A stretch of DNA of 63,554 nucleotides, filler included, from Hausera hauseri (Eukaryota): NCBI GenBank assembly GCA_046269625.1. It is 11 parts of 11 records of this genome, joined end to end, with 100 filler letters (N's around TTAATTAATTAA, not from the genome) between each part and the next. Parts side by side here need not be neighbours in the genome. Positions count along the whole stretch, not along the records: positions 10,619 to 16,795 come from JBJURY010129650.1; positions 16,896 to 28,268 come from JBJURY010106653.1; 9 more parts are not named here. One strand, written 5' to 3'. Numbering within the stretch: position 1 is the first letter of the stretch; every line of letters starts with the position of its first letter. The notes under the pieces are model-generated. The model was not told where the DNA came from, did no database searches, and saw only the letters and a program-made list of their open reading frames with translations. The position numbers were made by a program, and so were the translations under genes. Below, piece by piece: positions 13,528-24,188 of the stretch.

Positions 13528-13760
13528 ACCACCCCGAAGATAAAAATGGGGCATGAGGTGGATAAATGGACGCTCGTGGCATGCGAGAGACAAAAGGAAG
13601 TCGGAAAGATGAACAGTGACACATCGATATGTAAGATAGAAGTCAGAAGTGTTGAGTGAGGAGGACAGAGTTGCATAAGAACTGTGCCGTGTCGTTGAGT
13701 GAAGCTCTTATGGTTTTTGTTGATTATTGCTAAAGATCTGGAAAGAAAATTGCAGTGAAG
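13528..13760 (-). other. Ubiquitin-like domain ending LRGG, N-terminal to gag
   Basis: Frame of ORF 13708-14328 continued past one stop: ...DFYLTYRCVTVHLSDFLLSLACHERPFIHLMPHFYLRGG|RTQ. LRGG is at 13539-13528. Confidence 0.6.
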
Positions 13761-14399
13761 TGATCCCAGGGGAACGTTGAAATGCATGGGAGCTTGGGAG
13801 GTTTTCTTTTGTGTTAAAAAGTTTAGGCGTATAACCGGGAAAGCAGTGGCAAATATTGATTGTGATAAAATAATACCTACTTTTTGAACTTACAAACCCT
13901 CTAAAATTAAAATCGATGTTGGCTATTAAAGATGTATGTATGTCCAAAAATGGTGTCACTGGTGGGTGCAAATCAGTGAAAAAAATCTTACCCACCTGTC
14001 TGAATGTGGTTTTACTGAACGCCATGACAGTATTCTCATTATGTCCAAGCATTAACAATGGGATTTTAATACAAAATGATTGAGCTAAACAATTTTCACC
14101 GGCACCGAATGCTGTTGAATAGAAATTTGCACAGTGTGTCCTGATCTGCCTTTGTGGTAAAAGGATATTAGTATCTGCGATTTGGGAAGCCGTTCCTTGA
14201 GTTCGAAAACTCTTCGGATCGCTATTATCACTTTTGACTATCGCATCCTGGGATCTGATTTGAAACGTACAACTTTGATCGGGTGGTACAGTCTTCGATT
14301 TGTTTGTATACCGATTATTCCAGATCACAATAAATCCAGTTACTGGTGCCGTATTGACACTTGTATCACGAGATTTCTAGCCGATAGTTTTCGAAGAAT

Positions 14400-15175
14400 C
14401 TCGGCCTTTCTTGCTTTTCTTATCGTAAGCATTCGCGAAAAGAAAGGTAGTTTTATGGGCATTGAATCACGGATAGTTAGTTTTATCAATCCACGAATGA
14501 TCCTTGTACCAAATAAAGTTGCACCAGTTTTTTGTTTTTGGTGGTGAGTTCGCGTCAAACACTAGTTTAACCGGTTCCCTTTCGCTGATTTTACCTTGCT
14601 AACACCAGCCAATTTTTCGGGCAATGTGTACTTCATTTTTCGTTCTGTTTTTGTGAATCTTTCTGAAAGAGTGAAATTTGACAAGAGTTTCTCGATTGTC
14701 CAATGGAACCTTTTTAAATTTTCATAAATTTTGGCAGAAAGAATTTGTAACTGTGTAATGTCAGAAAAACAGCATTTTTGACACGTGCATTTGCTTCATC
14801 AATGAAATCATTTGGTTTATTTTGATCGTTTTGACAAGCATCAACTCTCTCAGACCATGCCTCTTTCAACTCATCCAAATCTAATAAAAATTCCCAAATC
14901 TCTTCGATGAACTTTTCCAATTAATCCAGATCTGGCTCAGGATTAGTTGAAATCTCTTTGCTCAACTGACTGTAGTCTCTTTCTTTTTTTGGAAAGTCCT
15001 TTCTCAAAACTTTTAATTTCTCATCAACGCCTCGAACGATGGATAAGGTCGTATTAGGTCGATCTTGCAAATCATTCAAAAATGCAACACTTTTATCTAA
15101 ATCCGCATCCAAATCTTCGAATCGCTTCAAAACATCATAGCTTGGACTCACTTTCTCTGTCAGTGTTTCGCCCAC
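14400..15175 (-). pseudogene. Fragment of a spectrin-repeat plus Ig (I-set) giant protein gene
   Basis: Spectrin-like helices VLKRFEDLDADLDKSVAFLNDL..LDELKEAWSER, followed by EREPVKLVFDANSPP..FIWYKD (Ig I-set pattern). Confidence 0.45.
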
Positions 15176-15179
15176 AAAT

Positions 15180-16795
15180 TAACCCGGTTTAGTCTCTGTT
15201 TATGTGCAGTTTGACATGGTTCATTGGCTGATTTTTTATCAATCAGAAATGGCAGGAAAAGATTCCGAATATTGCTCCAATATTGGTCACACCTACTCTT
15301 TATACTATTATGATCATTAATTAATCCTGAATTGTATTCATTTGACAAAATTCGCTTTCCAAAGAAACTATATTTATCTGCAGGAGAATTATCCAGTCCA
15401 CCATGATTCGTAATATTCCAGTGAATTCGCAAATTACGTTTTAAACAATCCACTAAGGTCCATTTCTGGTTAGGTACATCCTTTATTTCGTCAAAAATAG
15501 ACTTTTCTCTGTGATTTTCATTTAAGAAATATGTTGTGTATTTAAAAGGTAATACAACATTACTTGCAATGCATTCTGGTACAAATAGTTCAGACCCACT
15601 TTGTCCTTGTTTAATGACCGAACTAAAAAACAACAATGACAGAATGATGCTGATGTCAGCAATGCACTGTTTGTCGTACCAAAAATACAGTGACACTCGG
15701 ATAAGGTTATCCAATAAATTGTCATCTGTCTTCAAGTTCTCACGAATTTCTGACTTATGCTGTACAACTCTTAGCAATATCAAAACTGTACTGGAAGCAA
15801 AAATAATCATTCTAAAGCTGTCCAACAATTTGCCTTTTAAAACGTCGAGAATATAATGCAGTCCTCCATGAGAAATAAAATATGCGTCCATGTCTGGTAT
15901 TTGGAAAGATATAGCAATCTACTTCGCGGCTGACTTTCTTACACTTATATCCACAAAATCCGAAGTATAAAGGTCAATGACCTTTTGAAAGTTCGCATTT
16001 TCGGAATCTTGAACTTTAACTTGATTCGAGGAACACTGTCTGAAAAGACGATCCTTTTTGTTTTCGTTTGCAATTGTAACAAGAGTCTCGCTAACATTAC
16101 TGATTTTCACCTGGCAATTCCAGATGCCGTTCATTCTCAAAATTTGTTCTAATTTCTGACTTGCTTTTTTGCGGACCTCAGAATTCTGTTGCTGATTTCA
16201 TTCCTATTGTCACACTGCAGACGTTGGTTGATTGGTGTCATGGACTTCGTAAATATTACATTTATAATCTGTCGACAAATTTGACTATTACTATCGGCCA
16301 GTGCCTGGATAAACACTATATTGTTCCATGTAACTTCCATTATTCTTCGCCAATATAACGCGGACAATAAACATTGACTATCCGAAAGTTTACAAAATAA
16401 TGCAGAAGACGTTTCATTAATTTCCACCGTTTTACTGTAGACCCCATATGACAATCATTCTAAAATTTCTTGGTCGCAAGATGAAATTGATTTTCCTTTC
16501 ACTACCGGACAAGGGTTTCGATGACTCTTCAATAATTATATTACTTTTAACAATATCAAAAAGTTCAACAAAAACTGATTTGGAAAGATTGGAATTTTCT
16601 ATTTTGATCAAACGTTCCAAAATATGATCACACTTGATAAAGAGATCTTTATTTTTAAAAACTTCCGTTGAACATATCAGACTGAAGAAGTGTATAAAAT
16701 CTTTAATGAATCGCTGTCCGTATATATGATCGAGACAATCTAACGATTTCGATGTATTGGTAACACTAATTTCGGCGAATTTTATCGGTTCATTG
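15180..16795 (-). pseudogene. RTTN: Rotatin-like armadillo gene fragment, intronless, disrupted
   Basis: LYTSDFVDISVRKSAAK*IAI, LLRVV..LIRVSLYF..ISIILSLLFF and LRIHWNI..GGLDN resemble rotatin segments as I recall them (DVDLVLRKSAAEQLAV, LFRVSLIF, LRIAWNLSW). Confidence 0.65.
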
Positions 16796-16895
16796 NNNNN
16801 NNNNNNNNNNNNNNNNNNNNNNNNNNNNNNNNNNNNNNNTTAATTAATTAANNNNNNNNNNNNNNNNNNNNNNNNNNNNNNNNNNNNNNNNNNNN

Positions 16896-18150
16896 ATCAG
16901 ATTCAGTCAAGAATAGCAAAATTGAATAATATCAAAACCTATCGAAACATGTTTGATAATATTAATGATAAGATCGATAAATTTAAAAGACAAGATTACA
17001 TCTCTGCCACAATTAATTTAAGATGTGAATAATAAATCATGTTTGGTGGGTGATAATTTATACAGCATTAAAAGTTCTATTGCTGAAAAACAGGTTTTAC
17101 TGGACCGTGTTCAGAAATATAAAGATTATACTGGAGATTTTAATGATGTTGAATCTTGGATTTATGATAAATTGAAAATGGTTGGAACGAATGATTTTGG
17201 AGATGATACTGAAAAGAGCAAATATCAAAGATCGAAATATAATGATCAATTAGGAATTATAAAATGTGGTTAAGACAGTATTGATGAAATTAATCAAAAG
17301 GTAACGGAATTGTTACAAAGTCACAATCCAATTTCCGATGATGTACAAAAGGATAAATTAAACAAAGAATGGGCTCGATTATTGGATTTATCCGACGAGA
17401 AAATTCAAGATTTCGATCGAGTTGAAGAATTTCAAAAATTCAAAAATATGTGCGATGAAGTATCGGAATTGATGAATTTAAATAATATTTCTCTACCACC
17501 CACTGCTTGTAAGGATTCTACTGCTTTGCATTCTGTCGTTAAAAAATACGAGAATTTCGATAACGATTTGAAAACAATTCATAACAAAGTATTTAGAGCG
17601 AAAGAAGTCGGCCAAGAACTGATTAATAAATATCCTTTTGAATCCCAATAAATTCAGGAAGAAAATCATCGAATAATCGGTATGTGGTATGCATTACGAG
17701 AGTTTATAAACAGTAAATTGGCGGAATTAGAAGACACTGATCAATACTTGATTCGGTGTAATGAAATTCATCGTGTCAAAAAACTGTTCAATGACATTTA
17801 CGCTGAAATTAAAGCTGATCATCCTATTTTACTCTATTATTGCTGCCGGTGACCAATTGTCAAAGGCGAAAAATTATCGAAAGAAAATGGATGATAAGGA
17901 GGAATGTTTGCGAAAATTGGTGGCTTATAGTGAAGAACTGATTACTAGAAATACGTGTCAATTTGTTGACGAGATTCAATCAAGCATTGATAACGTTCTC
18001 ACTGAAAAGTCTCAACTCTGCGATAATTTGGACAATTGGATTGACAAATGTGAAGACATGCTAACTCAACAGAAAGTTTTAAAAGGTATCGATCAAATTA
18101 ATTCAAGCACCGTTTTACAAGAGGCAAAATTAAGCTGTTATTTAAAAATG
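16896..18150 (+). pseudogene. Spectrin-repeat gene fragments (intronless, with stops)
   Basis: FNDVESWIYDKL..DFGDD, KLNKEWARLLDLSDEK..EEFQKFKNMCDEVSELM, VVKKYENFDNDL: typical spectrin repeats. Confidence 0.8.
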
Positions 18151-18159
18151 ACCGATGAT

Positions 18160-19150
18160 AGAAACGAAGAGGTGATACAAGAAGTATTATCTGTAATGAT
18201 AAATTCCAATACCATGACAAGCGAAGAAATTTGTTTAATACTGGCTTCTAGGGATGATTTCCATATGAAAATCAGTAAACAGTATTTACGAGAATTTGGT
18301 TTCATAAATCAAGAAATTCTGAAAGCAATTAGACGTTTTATAGCGTACGTAAAATGTTCCGGTGAAAGTCAGGAACTTGAAAGGATCATTTATCATTTCA
18401 GTGAACGATATAATGAATGCAACAATAACATATCGGTCCAGACTTGTGAGAAAACTGCAATGACCCTTATTGGGGCGAATACCTACTGCACAACGATAAT
18501 GTATAACAGCGAGAAAAATGTGCCGAGTTCTTCAAATTTTTCGACAAGAAAACGATCCATTTCATGTATAAATCGCTAAAATAGGAGCCCTTTAATCTGA
18601 CGAAGGAAATGTTACAACAGGAAACAAAGAAAAGAGAGAGCAAATCAAATAAAGTTAATGTTGAAGACTCTAAACATTTTGACTCGGGATACATTAAGTT
18701 GAAGCTAGCTAAATCCTTTGAATCCTGGAAAGATTATTACATGTCTGTCGACAACTTAACGATGACTCTGTTCACTACACAAGATGCTGACGTATACTTG
18801 TCTAAGCCAAGACCACCCAATCAAGACAACGAAACATATAAAAAGAATTTTGTGAAAACCCATAAATTCATCAAACAGATATCCATTTATCATTCGGTTG
18901 CATTGACCATTTGGAAATACAAATATCATTTGAGGTTAACTTTAGAAGATTCAACGAAATTTCGTCCAACATTTTCTGCTGAAATTTCCAAGTTGACAAT
19001 CGAAGAGCAAATTGAACAACACAAAGCTCAGTATATTGAGTTTGACAAGATAAAAAAGTTTCTTCAATCTAAAGACAAAGGATCATGTAGTGATTTTAAA
19101 TATCTCAACAAACAGATTGAAAAATATGGGGTCTATAAACGTGTGATAAA
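18160..19150 (+). pseudogene. PSD/EFA6-like Sec7 plus PH/coiled-coil fragment
   Basis: Sec7: KQYLREFGF..ILKAIRRF..GESQELERIIYHFSERYNECN. PH: WKDYY..ISIYHSVA. KFRPTFSAEISKLTIEEQIEQHK resembles the PSD-family C-terminus. Confidence 0.75.
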
Positions 19151-19329
19151 AATCGATATGGATACACTGCATGAAAACAAATATCCACGTGAACTCAGAG
19201 AAAGTACAAGCTATTTATATTCATTGGAAAACAGTGGCAGTTATAACGGAAGCAACCCACAATTCAGTGATTTACTGGGTTTTCTACAAAACCATGCTAA
19301 TAATCTCCATCAAACGGAACTCTATTATC

Positions 19330-19945
19330 AACCGTTTTCGGATGTTGATTACGAAAATCTCACGATAGAATTTGAGAATTTGTGCAACATCTGTGATGAA
19401 AGAAAGACAACGCTGAGTGACAATTTGCAGTATTTGATATTTGACGGAGAATTGAAAGATACTGACATTCGCATCAGCACGAAATTGGCTTTTCTCAACA
19501 ACAATGTTCCAGGTTCCGACGAGCAGTCTTGTCAGAATCAGATAAGAAAAGTTGAAGATGCCAAACTTAACATTGACGCCGAAGGACCCTCGGTACAAAA
19601 TTTGAGACTGCATGCCGTTGAATTACCGACGAAATACCATGATATGGCGCTGAAATCGGTGAAAGACATCCAGTTAAAACTCGATTAGTCAATTGAACTG
19701 ATCAAATTGAAAGAGACTTCTGACGTCCCACCTTCTTTACTATCAGTTCATCAGAGAGACAGACGAATTACTTGGCTGGATAAGATACGAGAATACTCTA
19801 GAGATTGTAGATGATTATGGTAAAGATTAAGAGGACTGTCTGAACTTGCTTGAAAATTTTAATAAACAATATCAAATATTTTTAAGTAGCAGCAATAAAG
19901 TGACATCTATTAAAAACACAGCTAAACAACTTGTAGCCGATGTTG
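19330..19945 (+). pseudogene. Further spectrin-repeat fragments
   Basis: CDERKTTLSDNLQYLIFDGELKDTD..PGSDEQSCQNQIRK; YQFIRETDELLGWI; DDYGKD. Confidence 0.75.
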
Positions 19946-20469
19946 CTAAGTTACATTGGGTCACTTTGCCATCACCAAGTACGGATCGACTAAAGACCGA
20001 TTGCGATGTAATTAGTCAAACTGCTCAGGATATTGACTACCCGGTTATGCAAGTTTGGTCGTTGCATGCTATAGCTTTAACGGCAGATTTCGGAGTTTCA
20101 TCTTTTCTTTTACAATTTCCTCCATCGCAAACTGATATTCATGAATGCTTTGGTAAAGTTCTGAGTGCATTAATAAAAACTTTGGGATTTGAACTTCAAA
20201 GTAATTCTCTCACAATTATCAGTCTCAGAACGTCTTGGACAGCCAATCGTTTGATTTTGCAAGGACATCCTGATTCCCTAGTTCAAAGGTCGGTGAATTT
20301 GCTATATTCCTATTTCTTAACAATTCTTAAAATAACAACTAAAACAGTTAAATCACCGCATTCCGTATTTCTCAGCGTAGCTAATTCAGCCAAAAAGATT
20401 AGTTACTACAGAGCGGGGATTTTGGACGCGCCCGTGTTTTACGCATTGCGCTACACACCCGACATCTGA

Positions 20470-20683
20470 AAACTTCATTTTTTTAACTCTCGCTCGAAAA
20501 TAAACGCACGTACACATACTACATACATCAAACATCAATTATGGCACATTTGTTCGGGGCTCTACAACGAGATTCCGTCTTAGCTTTAATGGATTCTTTT
20601 TGCAGCAATACGATATTATCAACAGCTATACACGCTCATCTTTGAGACCTGTAATAACTACACATTACTGTTTGCTAGGCGGA
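20470..20683 (+). other. Ubiquitin-like domain ending LLGG, in frame with gag
   Basis: FRLSFNGFFLQQYDIINSYTRSSLRPVITTHYCLLGG|SDP resembles ubiquitin QRLIFAGKQL..TLSDY..TLHLVLRLRGG and SUMO IRFRFDG. The N-terminal half is in another frame. Confidence 0.65.
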
Positions 20684-21600
20684 TCTGACCCAAAAGCATC
20701 TTCTCAGGACAAACAAGATTTTGCTGACATTCCCATCATACATGTTCCGCTAAAGCAGTCGCCTTTAGTCCTACCTGCAGAATCCCCTTCGGTCAATTTC
20801 CCTTGTGTCGATTATTTTACAGATAAACAACACTCCAGTCGTACATGGCTGGAATTCCATGCGCAGTGGTTAAAATCGAATAAGATCACTGATCTTTTCT
20901 TCAAAGCCAATAGCCTATTAATACTTTTACCAGCCAACTTCAAGTCACTACTACCTAATCTTTCCGATATTTTTCAGACAGTAGACCCATACAAAACACT
21001 ATTCAACGCCATACTTAAACTCACCGAGCCTTCTCTGGATAACATTATCCAAAAATATTTCAATGAAAACACAATAGGCACACTAAAACCCTCTGAATTT
21101 TTACAAACATCCTTGACCCAATTAAGCAAGTTTGGAGTAAATCAAACCAACAATGCCGACTTATTGCGCAGATATTTCCTTCAATCATTACCGAAAAATA
21201 CGCGCTTTACTAACAGTAGTTGAAAATACCGCTAGGTTAGAAAAGTTAGCACAACTGGCTGATAAAAGTTACGATATACTAAATACACACCATATTCCTA
21301 TCGTCGCATCCACATTACAACCGCATATAACACCACCCAATGCTGAAATCTTAGCGCTGAATAATCATATAAACGCTTTCCGAGCTGAAAACACGGCAAT
21401 ACACCAAGCCATTTTTGCTCTAACTTTTAAAATGGGCAATTTATCCATGCCGCGACGAGATCGATTCAGACCTAATCACAGCCGCGCCTCATCGCAAAAT
21501 TCCAGATCCGCTAGGTCCCCTACTCGACTTATAGTGTGCTATTATCACAATAAATTCAAAAACCAATCCAGCAAATGTTGCTTGGGATGAAAATTCTATA
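20684..21600 (+). pseudogene. Ty3/gypsy gag (one frameshift near 21200)
   Basis: KPSEFLQ, LLRRYFLQSLP, LEKLAQLADK, C-terminal CYYHNKF...KC..G motif. Confidence 0.85.
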
Positions 21601-21959
21601 CACCAGCTGTAAGGTTTCATATTACAAAATATTAAAAGTTATATCTTTAAGAAAATTCAAAAGTTAAATCTCAAAATTTAACACAGACCTGTTCAGAAAA
21701 CAAAATTCAAAAATAAAATCACGAATTCATAACAAAATTTTTCAAATTCCTACAACACCACAAATTCAATCCAAATAAATTAAATACTAAAATTAAATCA
21801 TAAAATAAATCAGAATTACAAGTGCCAAAATAACCAGCACTTATAATAATAAAAATTAACAATCAAGATCTGTGGATTTAATCCATCTGTTTAAATCCAC
21901 AGACTAAAGATTGCACATTACTTTCCAAAAGATAAAAGAAAAAGCAAATAAACTCAAAC

Positions 21960-22531
21960 ATGTCAGCAGCACCAAAAACATTCAAACAGGTACAGATATC
22001 GACAGCCGCGAAACCAGACGAACCGATCGCCAAACATGGTTCAAAGGCCATCCCGGCCGATGCTACTACTCGAGCAAACGCCACGACAACATCATCGACT
22101 CCGGGGTATCGCATTCCAAAGATACCCCGACCGACACACGACGAACCAGGCAGTACCCCCGACCGCCGCGTCGCCTTACGGGAACAAAACCGATCGGAAG
22201 AACAACCACGCCCAATCCAGCGAGAAGCCGCCTCCCGCGGAAAACGCCGCCGCGACACAGACAAGCGAGTCCCGTACCGGTCCTACTCTGATTTTTTGAC
22301 GGTACGACAGCTCCTGCAAAGGAGCCACCTCGTACGACACTTGCTCGGGCTGGAGCGAGAGGATCCTTACTCTTTACCGGCAAGCAGGCTTTATCGGTTT
22401 TACCAGGACGGGGAAAACCGACGTCTCTTCGACTCGTCAGTTTTCCTGCCGGTATTCCTGAGACTGATGACGGCAACCGATTGCCTTTACGAATCCGTGG
22501 CCCCCTCGGAGAGCCGGTTAATTCCAACGCG
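21960..22531 (+). CDS. Orphan Pro/Arg-rich ORF with a long A-rich leader, interrupted by an LTR; probably ORF1 of another element
   Basis: 5' part of the 742 aa ORF. GC-rich, preceded by A-rich 21606-21959. Confidence 0.35.
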
Positions 22532-22863
22532 TGTAAGGACTTCTAGCCCTGAGATTCAGTCAAAGTCACGTCGCGCACGCCGATTGGATACGACATCCAG
22601 AAAGCAATCTCTTCCTGACTCGAGTTCGGATGACACTCCAATATGTGTACGTCGAAACCTCCGAGCCAACCAAGAGCTGTCCTCCACGGACGTATCATAC
22701 GCCTCGGTGGATTCAGTGGGTAATAAATTTGATGTGAATAAACGTTGTGACTCGTATGAGGTCATGTTATATCGTTTTTTCACGTTCATTTTTTGTTGCT
22801 GTTTTACGATTAAGATGTTTTTGCATAGAGTTAGAGACCCTAGAAAAGCAGAACCTCCTAGCA
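22532..22863 (+). repeat. Probable 5' LTR of the second gypsy element
   Basis: Starts TGTAAGG and ends CCTAGCA (imperfect inverted termini). Contains two AATAAA and is followed 3 nt later by PBS-like TGGTGGCAGC. Confidence 0.6.
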
Positions 22864-22865
22864 GA

Positions 22866-24188
22866 ATGGTGGCAGCAAATACGGCACACACGGCCCTTTC
22901 AAACAGAACCGTTCATATTGGTTCTGACATCTCGACAAACGCGGCCGTCGAAAATAATCCGGCTTCAAACACCCTCATCACTAAACGTGATGACACGCGA
23001 CCCGTCAACTACACGAACGATACCGAACAAATGCTAAACTATACTAGCACCAACATACACGATAACAATGCTAACTCGACTCACAAGTCCGGAAAAGCAA
23101 CAACCCCGAGAGAAATCCAATTTCTTGTGCGTGGCCTACACAACACGAGAGCACATCGCTTCTCGTCTAATATGTCCTTAAAGGCGATGCTACAACAGCT
23201 CGCGAGCTCATATCCGGACCACACTTTTTCACACAATGCAACACTGCTAGCCACTTCCAGATTAAAAGGAGGTGTTGACAACCTTACGCCTGACGTAAAA
23301 GCAGAAATTGCTTCAACAACACAGGCCAAACCACCCAATTTAGCATGCTCCACCTTCTTCATAGGTTCGGATGGAACGCCATTGAAGTGGTTTCATGTGT
23401 TTGAAACATGGGCTACTCAATGCAGCATCACTGGCCAACTAAACAAGGCCTTAACACTTATTCAGTACCTGCAGCTAACAACGCTTGCAGCCATAACGGA
23501 TCTGGACACGCTACTGTTAGATGAAAAACCGCTCGACAAGATGAAAGCAGCCATATGCAGAGCATATCTGCCATCCCAACAGGACCAGTTCAACTTGGTC
23601 TTCACCAAGCGACACACAGGGAATATGAAGCCGTCTGCTCTGCTTCACAAGTTACGCTCAAACTTGAGCAATGCTGAGTTAAACCTCCACACTAACCAGC
23701 ACATACTACAGTGCTACTTCCTAAGTAGTTTGCCCAATCAAATTCAAGCAGTATTGGTGCTATTACCGCCCGATACCACTTTCGACGATATGGCATCAAA
23801 AGCCGACAAAATATACGAGTGCACTAAAGGCACCGTAGAATCCGCACTGACGGAAAATACCCATTTCGTCACAACAACCCAGCAAAATCAGCTGGACACT
23901 ATCATTGCCGCATTGCAGGCACTTATAGCGCACAAGAATCCGCCAGCCAGAGACAAACCGTCATCTCAGCGCCAATCCCCCAAGAGAAAGAAAGGCAAAT
24001 TTTCCAACATTTGTTATTTCCACACACGATTTAGCGAATCCGCGTATAAATGTTACCATGGTTGTCAATTCGACAAGCCATCTGCAAACATAAAAATGCA
24101 AGACACTTGCATTTATCATGACCATTTCGGTCCAGATGCAAAAGTCTGTCGACCCGGCTGCAAATTTCACAAGCCATCAAAAAGCTAA
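22866..24188 (+). CDS. Intact Ty3/gypsy Gag with an N-terminal leader and ubiquitin-like domain (23115-23273, ends RLKGG)
   Basis: EIQFLVRGLHNT..SLKAMLQQLA..NATLLATSRLKGG|VDN, then gag motifs KWFHVFE, MKPSALLHKLR, FLSSLP, DDMASKADKI, and two C.(F/Y)H..F....C..GC.F repeats. Confidence 0.85.
   Translation: MVAANTAHTALSNRTVHIGSDISTNAAVENNPASNTLITKRDDTRPVNYTNDTEQMLNYTSTNIHDNNANSTHKSGKATTPREIQFLVRGLHNTRAHRFSSNMSLKAMLQQLASSYPDHTFSHNATLLATSRLKGGVDNLTPDVKAEIASTTQAKPPNLACSTFFIGSDGTPLKWFHVFETWATQCSITGQLNKALTLIQYLQLTTLAAITDLDTLLLDEKPLDKMKAAICRAYLPSQQDQFNLVFTKRHTGNMKPSALLHKLRSNLSNAELNLHTNQHILQCYFLSSLPNQIQAVLVLLPPDTTFDDMASKADKIYECTKGTVESALTENTHFVTTTQQNQLDTIIAALQALIAHKNPPARDKPSSQRQSPKRKKGKFSNICYFHTRFSESAYKCYHGCQFDKPSANIKMQDTCIYHDHFGPDAKVCRPGCKFHKPSKS
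22867..22876 (+). promoter_or_regulatory. Primer binding site-like motif TGGTGGCAGC
   Basis: Begins with TGG right after the LTR's CA end and overlaps the in-frame ATG at 22866. Confidence 0.5.

Noticed and set aside
21960-24188. 742 aa ORF as one native Gag
   Set aside because: It contains an LTR-like segment and a PBS in the middle. Gag more likely starts at 22866.
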